Origin: Nitrospiraceae bacterium
GTDB taxonomy: Bacteria; Nitrospirota; Nitrospiria; Nitrospirales; Nitrospiraceae
Assembly (NCBI GenBank): GCA_041616875.1
Contig: JBFJQA010000001.1
Location: 4,646-68,645, forward strand
Direction of reading: 5' to 3'
Length of the DNA stretch: 64,000 nt
Made by a program: the position numbers and the translations under genes. Positions 46,794-56,319 of this stretch are shown in pieces; positions within the stretch are counted from its first letter, which is position 1, and each line of letters opens with the position of its first letter. The notes under the pieces were generated by a model. That model was not told where the DNA came from. It saw nothing but the letters and a program-made list of their open reading frames with translations, and ran no database searches.

Positions 46794-47602
46794 GCGAGAC
46801 CAGCCAGACCCTGCCGTCGGCCTTGACCGCTCTGGACGAGATTGCACGTCGAGCCGAGACTAAACGCCTCGTGATTTTTCTGGATTATGACGGGACGTTG
46901 ACTCCCATAGTGGCCCGGCCCGAACTGGCCGTCCTCTCAGAGGCGATGCGGACCACGATACGAACCCTGGCTGAGCGATGCACCATCGCGATCATTAGCG
47001 GGCGGGACCGGGCGAATGTAGAACGGTTGGTCAAACTCGATGGCTTGTTTTACGCCGGCAGCCACGGGTTTGATATTGCTGGTCCGCATGGCTGGGAGGT
47101 CCGTCATGAAATCGGGGCTCACGTTCTGCCTGAATTAGGCCAAGCGGAAGCCAGTCTGCGGGAGAGGCTTGCCTCGATACAGGGCTGTCTCATTGAGCGT
47201 AAGAAGTACTCAGTAGCCGTGCACTTCCGGCTTGTCGAAGACGAGAAGGTGGAACAGGTCAGCCAGGCTGTCATGGAGATCGTGGCGTCACGACCGAATC
47301 TCAGGAAGCGGGACGGGAAGCGGGTGTTCGAAGTGCAGCCCGACGTGGATTGGAATAAAGGCCAGGCCGTTCTCTGGCTCCTCCGGGCCCTGAACTTGAC
47401 GAAGGAGGCGGTGCTGCCCCTCTACATAGGAGACGATCTCACGGATGAAGACGCCTTTCGCGCCCTGCAAGATTTCGGGATTGGGATCGTCGTGGGTGAC
47501 ATATCCCGTCCCACTGCCGCTCAGTATATGGTAAAAGACCCCGACGAAGTCGGGCATTTTCTTGCACATTTAGGTGCCTTACTGGAGATCCAGACGCTAT
47601 GA
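46790..47602 (+). CDS. otsB: trehalose-6-phosphate phosphatase
   Basis: FLDYDGTLTPIV (HAD-IIB motif I), ISGR, and ..PLYIGDDLTDEDAF... ATGA overlaps on both sides. Confidence 0.8.
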   Translation: MSETSQTLPSALTALDEIARRAETKRLVIFLDYDGTLTPIVARPELAVLSEAMRTTIRTLAERCTIAIISGRDRANVERLVKLDGLFYAGSHGFDIAGPHGWEVRHEIGAHVLPELGQAEASLRERLASIQGCLIERKKYSVAVHFRLVEDEKVEQVSQAVMEIVASRPNLRKRDGKRVFEVQPDVDWNKGQAVLWLLRALNLTKEAVLPLYIGDDLTDEDAFRALQDFGIGIVVGDISRPTAAQYMVKDPDEVGHFLAHLGALLEIQTL

Positions 47603-49989
47603 CAGGATGGTCGCTGGTCTACGACGGGTTCAATCCGGATCAGGAACGATTGCGCGAAGCCTTATGCACCCTCGGCAACGGCTACTTTGCGACAAGGGGT
47701 GCCGCCGCCGAGGCCATCGCAGACGAGATCCACTACCCGGGCACCTATCTCGCCGGAGGCTATAACCGCCTCAAGACGGACCTTGCTGGGCACATCGTCG
47801 AGAATGAGGACCTGGTGAACCTGCCGAATTGGCTCCCGCTCAACTTTCGGATCGATGAGACGAATTGGTTCAGCATTCGAGCGATAGACGTTATCTCCTA
47901 TCGGCAAGAGTTGAATTTGCAGGAAGGGACCTTGTACCGAACCTTTCGATTTCAGGATACGCAGGGACGGGTGACGAGGTTTGCTGAACGGCGGTTTGTC
48001 CATTTGGGTTATCAACATTTGGCGGGTTTGGAAATCAGGCTGACCGCGGAGAATTGGTCGGGGCCCCTGTATGTACAGTCGGCCCTCGATGGGCGGGTGG
48101 TCAATGCCGGCGTCAAGCGCTATCTGGCCCTCAGCAGCAAACACCTTGAGTGTGAGGAATCGGGCTCGGTGGGAGATGAGGGCCTGTACCTGAAGGTCAG
48201 AACTGTTCAATCTGACCTTCGAGTTGCGGAAGCGGCCAGGACGCAATTCTTTTCCGAAGGCATGCCTCTCACGGTCGAGAGACGGCTGATCCAGGAACCC
48301 GAATTCATCGCGCACGAATGTGCCATGAATGTGCAGGAAGGGCGCTCGCTGGTCATAGAAAAGATCGTGGCACTCTACACCTCCCGTGATCGGGGAATTT
48401 CCGAGTGCGGCTTTCAGGCGCGTGAAGCCATTGCCCGGGCGGATCGCGTTGAGCCGTTACTCGAGAGCCATAGGAAGCGATGGGATCGCCTTTGGCAGCG
48501 GTGTGATATTGCGATGGAAGACCAACATCGGTCCCAGCACGTCCTGCGCCTCCACGTGTTTCACCTTCTGCAGACTGTGTCTCCCAACACGATTGATTTA
48601 GATGTCGGGGTTCCGGCCCGTGGCCTGCATGGCGAAGCCTATCGGGGGCACATCTTCTGGGATGAGCTGTTTATCTTTCAATTTCTCAATCTTCGAGTCC
48701 CTGATATCACCCGTGCCCTTCTCCGATACCGTTATCGCAGACTCGATCAAGCCCTCTTTAATGCTCGAGAAGCAGGGTTCAGGGGCGCGATGTACCCCTG
48801 GCAGAGTGGCAGCGATGGGCGCGAGGAAAGTCAAACCCTGCACCTCAATCCCCAGTCTGGGCGCTGGGCGCCTGATCATAGTCATTTGCAGCGGCATGTG
48901 AGCTCCGCCATTGCCTACAACGTGTGGCAATATTACCAGGTTACCGGCGATTGGGAATTTCTGTCTTTCTACGGTGGGGAAATGATTCTCGAGATCGCAC
49001 GTTTCTGGGCAAGCCACGCGACCTACAACCAGTCCCTGGACCGTTACGAGATTCTCAAGGTAATGGGACCCGACGAGTACCACGATCAGTACCCCGGTGC
49101 AGAGGAGCCTGGCCTGAACAATAATGCCTACACCAATCTCATGGCCGTATGGGTGCTCTGCCGCGCGCAGGAAGTCCTTGCCATGCTGGCGGATGACTGC
49201 CGCACCGAATTGCGTGAGGTGCTCGGAATTACCAAGGAGGAAGTGCAGTTATGGGAGGACATCAGCAGGAAAATGCGTGTTGTGTTCCATGACAAGGAGA
49301 TCATCAGTCAGTTCGAAGGGTATGACCAGTTGGAAGAACTCGACTGGGAGCGGTACCGAAGGAAATACGGTAACATCCAGCGGCTGGACCGCATTCTCGA
49401 AGCGGAAGGGGATACGACAAACCGCTACAAACTCTCGAAGCAAGCTGACGTCCTGATGTTGTTCTTCTTGTTTTCGTCGGAGGAGTTACGAGAGCTCTTT
49501 AAGCGACTGAACTACCCGTTCAAATATGAAACAATTCCACAAAACATTGACTACTATCTGAGGCGAACGTCAGACGGCTCGTCACTGAGCCGTATGGTGC
49601 ACTCGTGGGTGACGGCTCGTTCTGACCGGGAACAGGCCTGGAAACTATTTACGGAAGCGCTGGACGTCGACATCGCCGATATACAGGGTGGGACAACACC
49701 GGAAGGGATTCACCTGGGTGCAATGGCCGGCACCGTCGACCTCATCCAACGTGCTCATACAGGCATTGAAGCCCGCGGCGATATGCTCTTCTTCAACCCC
49801 TGCCTGCCAGCGGAGTTGGCAAGGCTCGTCCTATGCATTTTTTACCGCGGCCATTCTCTTGCCATTGAAGTCACACAAGACCGGCTCACCGTCGTGTCGC
49901 GAGTGGGCCGGGCCCAGCCCATCAAGATTGGGGTCAAGAAAAAGGTCTACCGCCTCAAGCCGGGAAAGGCTCTCGAGGTCACTCTTTGA
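47599..49989 (+). CDS. glycoside hydrolase family 65 phosphorylase (trehalose/kojibiose/maltose-type)
   Basis: 796 aa. N-terminal ..LCTLGNGYFATRG.., catalytic-domain ..YRGHIFWDELFIFQF.. and ..YPWQSGSDGREE.. are GH65 hallmarks. Confidence 0.85.
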   Translation: MTGWSLVYDGFNPDQERLREALCTLGNGYFATRGAAAEAIADEIHYPGTYLAGGYNRLKTDLAGHIVENEDLVNLPNWLPLNFRIDETNWFSIRAIDVISYRQELNLQEGTLYRTFRFQDTQGRVTRFAERRFVHLGYQHLAGLEIRLTAENWSGPLYVQSALDGRVVNAGVKRYLALSSKHLECEESGSVGDEGLYLKVRTVQSDLRVAEAARTQFFSEGMPLTVERRLIQEPEFIAHECAMNVQEGRSLVIEKIVALYTSRDRGISECGFQAREAIARADRVEPLLESHRKRWDRLWQRCDIAMEDQHRSQHVLRLHVFHLLQTVSPNTIDLDVGVPARGLHGEAYRGHIFWDELFIFQFLNLRVPDITRALLRYRYRRLDQALFNAREAGFRGAMYPWQSGSDGREESQTLHLNPQSGRWAPDHSHLQRHVSSAIAYNVWQYYQVTGDWEFLSFYGGEMILEIARFWASHATYNQSLDRYEILKVMGPDEYHDQYPGAEEPGLNNNAYTNLMAVWVLCRAQEVLAMLADDCRTELREVLGITKEEVQLWEDISRKMRVVFHDKEIISQFEGYDQLEELDWERYRRKYGNIQRLDRILEAEGDTTNRYKLSKQADVLMLFFLFSSEELRELFKRLNYPFKYETIPQNIDYYLRRTSDGSSLSRMVHSWVTARSDREQAWKLFTEALDVDIADIQGGTTPEGIHLGAMAGTVDLIQRAHTGIEARGDMLFFNPCLPAELARLVLCIFYRGHSLAIEVTQDRLTVVSRVGRAQPIKIGVKKKVYRLKPGKALEVTL

Positions 49990-50277
49990 CCGGCCCTCTA
50001 TTCGGGCTTTGAGCCGACTGCACGGTCATGCCTGCGAGCCTGATCTTGGCCGCCTCGTCCTAGCCTTGGCCCGCCGGGGCCCGTTCTCTTGGTTTTTCGC
50101 CCTTTCATACCAAGTCTCTCCTCCGGAAGTAGGACCCCATGCTCCATTTGCGGAATTGTGTGCATCGTCCCTTTCTTGGACACTTGCGGCTTGTCTGGGT
50201 CCTTCTCACTCTGCCGGGGCGGGGAAAGGGTTTGCTGGGGGGATTCCGGGAGTGATCTGTCTCAACATATCTCATTC

Positions 50278-50553
50278 ATGGATGGTTTCGATCGGCGTCT
50301 CGCCGAACTTCAGAACGCGTTATCCACGGCTCCGGAGTCAGTTCGGGAGGTGCTGACGCACATTCATGACTCGGCGCTTCGAATCCAGGCCAGCCTCGAC
50401 CAAATCAACGTGGACCCGCTTCCTCGGAACTCGGTCCGTTCCGCCGTCTGTTTTGATTGTGGCGCAAAGGATATCGAAGTCTTCCATACCTCCAGGGACG
50501 GAGACTGCCATCTCTGTCCGGAATGTTTTCGATTGAGGCTCGAAATATCGTAA
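50278..50553 (+). CDS. hypothetical protein with C-terminal zinc ribbon
   Basis: ATG 50278. Helical N-terminus, then ..VCFDCGAKDIEVFHTSRDGDCHLCPECF... The first 63 codons of the track ORF look non-coding. Confidence 0.4.
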   Translation: MDGFDRRLAELQNALSTAPESVREVLTHIHDSALRIQASLDQINVDPLPRNSVRSAVCFDCGAKDIEVFHTSRDGDCHLCPECFRLRLEIS

Positions 50554-50674
50554 GGTTCTCCTCAGTCACCATTGAAATCAACGAGAGCCGTGTGCTCCCT
50601 TTTCGCGTTCGATTTCGGAAATGCGAGTGGCTGGCTTTTACGAGATTGCTGTCGGGGAGTGATCCCTTGTTACC

Positions 50675-51049
50675 TTATAAGTCGTGCAGTTCTTCTCGGA
50701 CGGCATCAAGGAGTGCAGTGAGATCAAGCGGTTTGGACAGGGTCCGGCGAGCCCCGAGCATCCGAGCGAGCTCCAAGATAGACATAGCCCCCATGTCCTC
50801 ACATCCGCCGGTCATTGCGATAATTTTGACGGTGGGAAATTCGCCACGCAGGATTTGGATGCTTTCGAATCCATTCTGTTCGGGCATGAGGATATCCATG
50901 ATCACCAGGTCGGTGGGAGCCGACCGATAGAGGTCTACTCCTTCCTTTCCAGAGCACCCCTCCCTCACTTCGTAGCCGATTTGTTCTAGGACTTGCCTAA
51001 TTAGGCGTCGAATGGGCTCGTGATCGTCTACAACGAGAATAGATTTCAT
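50675..51049 (-). CDS. single-domain CheY-like response regulator
   Basis: From ATG 51049: MKSILVVDDHEPIRRL..DLVIMDILMPEQNG..KIIAMTGG..LSKPL. Confidence 0.85.
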   Translation of the reverse strand: MKSILVVDDHEPIRRLIRQVLEQIGYEVREGCSGKEGVDLYRSAPTDLVIMDILMPEQNGFESIQILRGEFPTVKIIAMTGGCEDMGAMSILELARMLGARRTLSKPLDLTALLDAVREELHDL

Positions 51050-51255
51050 TGATGATTGGTCCTTGCTGGGATTCTGTTCGCCTTGTTCATGACCTGCAAT
51101 TGCACGCATTCATTCTCCTTTGCACTCTCTCACATACACGATCGCTCAGAAGATGTCGACCCTTAACAAACTTGTCGCGCTGGGTGATGAGTTTTCTCTT
51201 CAACCCCTGTCCCAAGATACTGACTCTCGTACGGATAGTGGCTGCAGACTGTGAT

Positions 51256-51762
51256 TCAATCCCAACTGTCCGCAGATGGCGGTTCGCCCTGGACTGCGCG
51301 GACCATGAATCCCATATCGTCGGCACCCTGGAGACAGGCAGGGGGGAGGAACACTCGGCCCACAAACTTGGCTGTTCCCTGCCCATCAACCGGTACGGCC
51401 GGGGTCTCAACCAGGGTGGCCTGTGCCCCAGCCGAGACGTGACACACCACAATGCCCTTGACTGCGGGTATTGTTCCCAGGGCTGGGGCGGCTTCCCCCG
51501 CTGCTCCTTCTCGGACTGGTAACCCCTTGACCTCGAACCGTACCACCCCGTCCTCGAGATTCACATCCGCCTCGCCAAGCAACAACCCGGCCGCATCGGA
51601 GTTCGTCGAGGCTCCGATGAGAGTGCCTGGCTGGGCGGTCCCCAAAATCTCTCCCCAGGCTTCGTGGGCCCCGGAGCCCGCGTAAACCGGGGCCGCCATG
51701 GCACTGATCAGTAGGGTCGCGAACAGAACATTCAGACTGTCGGCTGTTCTTGAGCGCTTCAT
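51256..51762 (-). CDS. secreted hypothetical protein
   Basis: RBS GGAGGTG then ATG 51762: MKRSRTADSLNVLFATLLISAMAAPVYA signal peptide. Gly/Ala/Val-rich beta-type body. No family recognised. Confidence 0.5.
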   Translation of the reverse strand: MKRSRTADSLNVLFATLLISAMAAPVYAGSGAHEAWGEILGTAQPGTLIGASTNSDAAGLLLGEADVNLEDGVVRFEVKGLPVREGAAGEAAPALGTIPAVKGIVVCHVSAGAQATLVETPAVPVDGQGTAKFVGRVFLPPACLQGADDMGFMVRAVQGEPPSADSWD

Positions 51763-52056
51763 CTCACACCTCCCATAGTCCAATTCATTCATGTTTCCTG
51801 ACCTTCGATGGTTCTCTTTGATTGTTGTGTCTCGATTCATACTCCGCTCTCCCTGTTGCACTAAGTATGGCGTGCAATGGAGAAAGCGCCATGCCTCGTT
51901 GGAGGGGACGCGAAGAATGAAAATGGGGGACTACGAACGGGGGGGGGAGGCGAGCTTGGTATTCTGGCGACTGGAAACGTGAACACGTAGCCGGGAAAAA
52001 TAGCTGCCAATGGGGCAGGAAAGATGTCAGCGGGGGAGGAATGAAACGGAAACGAG

Positions 52057-52362
52057 CTAACGAGGGAGGATCAGGCGACCGAGGAGCTCCTCAGTGTCCG
52101 GCTGGAGTTGCAGAAATTCGACTCCGAATTGACCGGCCCTAGACCACCGGACGATCGCCTGGTCTATGTGCAAGGGAGATTCTTGCTCTGGTGTGTGGAG
52201 GCGTAATTCCAAGGGGGTATCTTTTTCAACCCTGACCTCCGACGTAATTCCACAGCCTGTTTTGGAAAGGTCTAGGACGATCCCTTCCCCCCCGACCATG
52301 TGGGCCGATGAAAACGAGCTGCGGAACCGGGCGCGAACGCGAGGGTACTTTCGTAGCTCCAT
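52057..52362 (-). CDS. single-domain PilZ protein
   Basis: RKYPRVRAR (RxxxR) .. VLDLSKTGCGI (DxSxxG) .. AIVRWSRAGQFGVEFL. Confidence 0.8.
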   Translation of the reverse strand: MELRKYPRVRARFRSSFSSAHMVGGEGIVLDLSKTGCGITSEVRVEKDTPLELRLHTPEQESPLHIDQAIVRWSRAGQFGVEFLQLQPDTEELLGRLILPR

Positions 52363-52791
52363 GCTCCACTCTCCTCTGAAATCTTGAAGAATGACGAGGA
52401 TATGAGAGCAACGACATCAAGAATGCAGGATCACATTCAGCCGGTCACCGACCCATAGATGAAATGACCGTCAATCACATTGGAGGTACCAGCAATCCGA
52501 TCTGAGCGCTGTCAGCGTGCTCACTATTTCTTAAGCTCGTGGGGTACCCCCTCCCTACTCGTGCGAAGCTTATCCGGAATCGATATAAAAATCTACTTTA
52601 TATGGTCTGCGGAACGCTGCGGCAGGAGGGTGACCTCCTCGGAATGGCTGACGATGTCCAGTAGGTTCTGAGGGCCCGGCCTCGTGGGGACTTACCGTGA
52701 AAACGCTCCATGCTGGTTCACGGATGTCATCATTGGAGACTGGCCAGCAAGGTGAGATGGTGAATAGCCTGGGGAAATCCGGAGTACTCCT

Positions 52792-53139
52792 TCAGAGTCC
52801 AGGGCGAGGGAAGGAATTTCGGTCAACCAGGCTCTTGATGAACTCCTTGAGAAGGCCTCGATCCCGGGGCTGCATCTGAAGGATTTCCAGGCCGAATTGC
52901 TGTCCTCGTGACCACCGGACGGCGGCGCGGTCTACCCTGATCGGCGAGTGGTGATCGGGGAGGTAGAGCAACATCGCGAGGAATGAGTCTTTGGGGACGC
53001 TTTGGTCACCATCAACCTCCCACCCACCAGTTGAAAGATTGATCACATTGCCTTTCCCGAGCACATCAGTCCCCATATAGTACGTGTAACATTGGAAGGC
53101 GAACCGCCTGTGGGAGCGAATATTAAAATTTGACGCCAT
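52792..53139 (-). CDS. single-domain PilZ protein
   Basis: IRSHRRFAF .. VINLSTGGWEV .. AAVRWSRGQQFGLEIL. Confidence 0.8.
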   Translation of the reverse strand: MASNFNIRSHRRFAFQCYTYYMGTDVLGKGNVINLSTGGWEVDGDQSVPKDSFLAMLLYLPDHHSPIRVDRAAVRWSRGQQFGLEILQMQPRDRGLLKEFIKSLVDRNSFPRPGL

Positions 53140-53247
53140 GGGTTCTCCCCCCCTCGTCTCGGCCCAGAGAGACCGACCTTCGCTCCTGCTGACGATCTCG
53201 GTGTGGAGTTTGATGCATGGCAGTGGCCGTCCAAGCCCCGCAGGGTT

Positions 53248-53448
53248 CTATGGTTTCCAGGCGTTTAGCCATTCCTGGCCATTGGTAGCAGTCCAGCCGG
53301 CTTGGGCGAGGAGCCGATGGATCCGTTCCTCAGAATACTCCGCCGGGTCGATCCGGCTCGCCGTGAGTGGAAGTCCTTCGCGCGGTGCCTTGCCCTGGTG
53401 TCTCAATGAGGTGAGCCCTCGGGTCTTCTGGCATGTGCGCAGTTGCAT
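53248..53448 (-). CDS. hypothetical 66-aa protein
   Basis: Strong RBS (GAGGAGG, 5-nt spacer) before the internal ATG 53448. Divergent from the LexA-like gene. No family recognised. Confidence 0.35.
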   Translation of the reverse strand: MQLRTCQKTRGLTSLRHQGKAPREGLPLTASRIDPAEYSEERIHRLLAQAGWTATNGQEWLNAWKP

Positions 53449-53765
53449 AGAAGCCTCCTCATCGTGAGGCGTGAGGAACGCCAACTTCTCACGACCACAA
53501 TCTCCTCACTGCACAATATGGGACCTTACTTGCGAGGAGGCGGCATTTCTATTACACGCGCGGTGGGGCAGGCTAACCGATAGGTGGGGTTCCGTCCCGG
53601 AGCACCGGTATACCGGGGAGTCCATTCGATGTCCCACGTCCTCCCATACACATTCGTGGGTACCCTCTCTTGGAAACCATCAGCTCGGGTGTATACCCAT
53701 CAGGGCAATCCCAGAATACGCAGGGCAGTCCCAGAACAGGGCCCACGTTCAGGGCTATCCAGGGC

Positions 53766-53804
53766 TTGACAGCGTAGGGTCGGGTATGTAACCATTGGTT
53801 ACAT
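53766..53804 (+). promoter_or_regulatory. candidate promoter (TTGACA-17-TAACCA) and 19-bp perfect palindrome ATGTAACCA-T-TGGTTACAT overlapping the start codon
   Basis: TTGACA at 53766-53771. Palindrome at 53786-53804, whose last two bases are the A and T of ATG 53803. No Shine-Dalgarno sequence lies between. Confidence 0.5.
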
Positions 53805-54345
53805 GAAGCCAGAGGATCTAAAACGTGCCCGCAAGGGACTCGGACTGACACAGGAGCAGTTGGCCGAGGCTCTCAATACTACCCGCATGAGCATCACACG
53901 CTACGAATCCGGTACCCGTCGGATCCCTGGCATGATCGACGTGGCGCTCCAGCAATTAGCCTCCGCGCCTCGCGTGCAAATGGCGGGAATCGTCGCTGCA
54001 GGAGAACCGATCGAGCCGATTCCCCAATCCGATCAGGTTGAGGTGCCTCCCACCATGCTACGAAGCGGGGAAACCTTTGCACTTCGGGTGAAGGGGGAAT
54101 CCATGCGTGATGAGGGCATCCTCTCCGGAGATCTCGTGATTGTTCATAAGCAGGTGAATGCTCGGAATGGTCAGACGGTGGTCGCGCTGCTGAACAACGA
54201 GGCCACGATCAAGAAATTTTATCGCAAAGGGGACCGGATTGAACTGCATCCAGCCAACGCGTCTATGCAACCGATTCTGGTTGCCCCCACCGATGAATTC
54301 CGAATTGAGGGGATGGTGATTGGCGTCATTCGTCATCTCAAATAA
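53803..54345 (+). CDS. XRE-HTH + S24 peptidase repressor (LexA/CI-like)
   Basis: N-terminal LKRARKGLGLTQEQLAEALNTTRMSITRYESG (XRE HTH). Cleavage-site-like AAGEP. Catalytic VKGESM (Ser) and ATIKKF (Lys). Confidence 0.85.
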   Translation: MKPEDLKRARKGLGLTQEQLAEALNTTRMSITRYESGTRRIPGMIDVALQQLASAPRVQMAGIVAAGEPIEPIPQSDQVEVPPTMLRSGETFALRVKGESMRDEGILSGDLVIVHKQVNARNGQTVVALLNNEATIKKFYRKGDRIELHPANASMQPILVAPTDEFRIEGMVIGVIRHLK

Positions 54346-54371
54346 CGGCCATGATGGGAAGGAGGGATTCC

Positions 54372-54635
54372 ATGTTTGCTGGCGAGTCAACCCTAGTACG
54401 TGAACGTCTCTGGGAACTGGAGCGTACGGTGAGAACACTGGCCGACCGCGTTCAACATCTCCAGCGTCAGGCGGTTTCATGTCCTCCGGTCTCTCAGGAA
54501 GCCCGCTTGTGGCCAACCTGGAGGTGGAGAAGCGTGAGGACGGGCGGTTCCCAACCGAAGGGCAGAGGTTCAATTCGCGAGAATAGGAGGATACCTCGTC
54601 ATGCTAGCAGTGCAGCCAGACCAAATGCTGAGTAG
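54372..54635 (+). CDS. hypothetical 87-aa protein (helical N-terminus, basic tail)
   Basis: RBS GAAGGAGGG then ATG 54372: MFAGESTLVRERLWELERTVRTLADRVQHLQRQ... Immediately downstream of the LexA-like gene. Confidence 0.35.
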   Translation: MFAGESTLVRERLWELERTVRTLADRVQHLQRQAVSCPPVSQEARLWPTWRWRSVRTGGSQPKGRGSIRENRRIPRHASSAARPNAE

Positions 54636-54792
54636 GGGTGAAGGTCCTTGCTCCGATTGCGGACACATTGCCTTGCTTTGGACCAGATGCTTTGACCAGC
54701 ATACACACTCCATGGTGGAACTCTGTGCGAACTGTGCTCCAGCATTCATGCAGCGTCAGCAGTTTCCCATGGGGTGTTGCGGAGATGTCTAA
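54601..54792 (+). CDS. hypothetical 63-aa Cys-rich protein
   Basis: RBS AGGAGG then ATG 54601. ..PCSDCGHIALLW..ELCANCAPAF..GCCGDV (zinc-ribbon-like, 7 Cys). Confidence 0.35.
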   Translation: MLAVQPDQMLSRGEGPCSDCGHIALLWTRCFDQHTHSMVELCANCAPAFMQRQQFPMGCCGDV

Positions 54793-54823
54793 GCTGAAAA
54801 AAGTGATTTGGCCCAGGAATACT

Positions 54824-55228
54824 CTATTGGCTGACCCTCGTCATGAGCAGGTGATTGAGTCTAGAAGCGCTGACCATCAGATAGCATCCGGTAAACATGG
54901 CAATACCGGCAATGTCAAAGAACACGTCCTCGACAGATGGGTATCTCCCGGGAACGAATACCTGAGCAAGCTCCGTAACTATCCCGCAGCAGGTGGCCAT
55001 GGTGACGGCGACTCGTATCGCCTGGGACCTCACCATCCCAAAGGACCGGAGACTCACGATCCACAGCCATGCGAGAAGGCCGTAGGCTGGTGTGTGGAGA
55101 AGGTTGGCGACCTGAGGCTGAATGTCGGGCAAAAGACCGGCGGCTGTTTTGGCGTCAGAAGGTGTGATGGCGCCAAGAAAAATCAATCCCGTGTAGCACA
55201 GGGTCAAAACGACGAAGCTGGGTTTCAT
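54824..55228 (-). CDS. VanZ-family membrane protein
   Basis: From ATG 55228. ..LLHTPAYGLLAWLW.. and ..TELAQVFVPGRYPSVEDVFFDIAGI.. match the VanZ signature (ExxQxFxPGRxxxxxDxxxNxxG). Confidence 0.7.
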   Translation of the reverse strand: MKPSFVVLTLCYTGLIFLGAITPSDAKTAAGLLPDIQPQVANLLHTPAYGLLAWLWIVSLRSFGMVRSQAIRVAVTMATCCGIVTELAQVFVPGRYPSVEDVFFDIAGIAMFTGCYLMVSASRLNHLLMTRVSQ

Positions 55229-55547
55229 GGGGTAGGATAAAGGGTCTGTTTCATCATGGTCTGTCTCTGACTGTGCTGGAGCGTAAAGATCATCCTGGCC
55301 AAATTCCATCCACCCTTAGAATGGCGGATCATTCTTTTGAGGGGCACAGCCTGAGGACATAGAGGTTCAACTGGCTAGGGGGGAAAGCTGCGTTGGCCGT
55401 GGGGTCGGCTGAGGAAGAGTCGTTCAGGGAGGTCGATCTCGTTGAAAAAGCAGCTTCTCGGGAGGATGCCCAAACTGCCGTCTGGGCTCGGGATGCGGAA
55501 TGCGGCTTTCACTGGAACTCTGGAGGATTGCTGGTATAGTTCTTCCT

Positions 55548-56006
55548 ATGACCCCGCTGGGCCACACGCAGAGCCCTCCACAATCGACACCAAAGACGAT
55601 TCTCCTCGTCGAGGATGATTCGTCCATTCTGACACTGTTTAGCGGTACCCTGAGACAGCAGGGCCACACGGTGCTCACGGCGAGTAGTGCCGAAGAGGCC
55701 CTCCAGGTCTGTCGGCAATACCCTGGCGCCATCCACCTCCTCTTGACGGATCTTTTGCTTCCGAATACCGGTGAACTCCATCTCCTGAATGATAAATCCC
55801 AGGGCAGCAAGGTGAAGGGCCTGGATCTGACGCGACAAGTCTTGGCCTTGCGACCGCAGCTTCTCGTGCTACTCATGTCGGGCCATCCGGACGACCAGCT
55901 CAGGAGTATGGGCGTCTTTAGAGAAAAATGGCCACTCTTGCGAAAGCCGTTACGTGTAGAGACGCTGATTCAGACCGTCCGCCAGTACCTGGATACCTTG
56001 CCCTAG
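55548..56006 (+). CDS. single-domain response regulator with an insertion after beta-3
   Basis: KTILLVEDDSSI..IHLLLTDLLLP-[NTGELHLLNDKSQGSKVKG]-LDL..LLMSGH..LLRKPL. Confidence 0.75.
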   Translation: MTPLGHTQSPPQSTPKTILLVEDDSSILTLFSGTLRQQGHTVLTASSAEEALQVCRQYPGAIHLLLTDLLLPNTGELHLLNDKSQGSKVKGLDLTRQVLALRPQLLVLLMSGHPDDQLRSMGVFREKWPLLRKPLRVETLIQTVRQYLDTLP

Positions 56007-56319
56007 TCCTGTCGCCTACGAGGAGCTCGCGCACTCTGCTGCATCTGTAGTGCCTGCCGCACCAACCTCACTCTTCAAGAACTTTCCATCCAATCTACGA
56101 CCAGATAAAACATGGCTCTCACAGCTGGACCCTTCCATGTGACTGGGTAGCGTGTTCGTCTGTACCCGTAGTTTGGCCCCACGCGTCCTGTCTTCGTAAC
56201 GCGAAACGTTTTATCAAGAAGGAAATAGGGCGAGGCGTGCTAATTTCTCCCAGACAAGAGCGCCGAAGGAAGACTCTCTCACACGATGAGTCCGTAGCCA
56301 TGTGCTCTTGGTAGCCGTC

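Noticed and set aside
50040-50100. Possible intrinsic terminator after the GH65 gene (GGCCC-GCCG-GGGCC ... TTGGTTTTT).
   Set aside because: The stem is only 5 bp and the T-run is about 12 nt away from the stem. This is too weak to annotate.
49688-50356. 222-aa plus-strand ORF overlapping the GH65 3' end and the following gap. Also ORF 50089..50277, the upstream part of the zinc-ribbon ORF.
   Set aside because: It is out of frame with the well-supported GH65 C-terminus and has Ser/Pro/Arg-rich shadow composition. Coding-like sequence begins only at ATG 50278.
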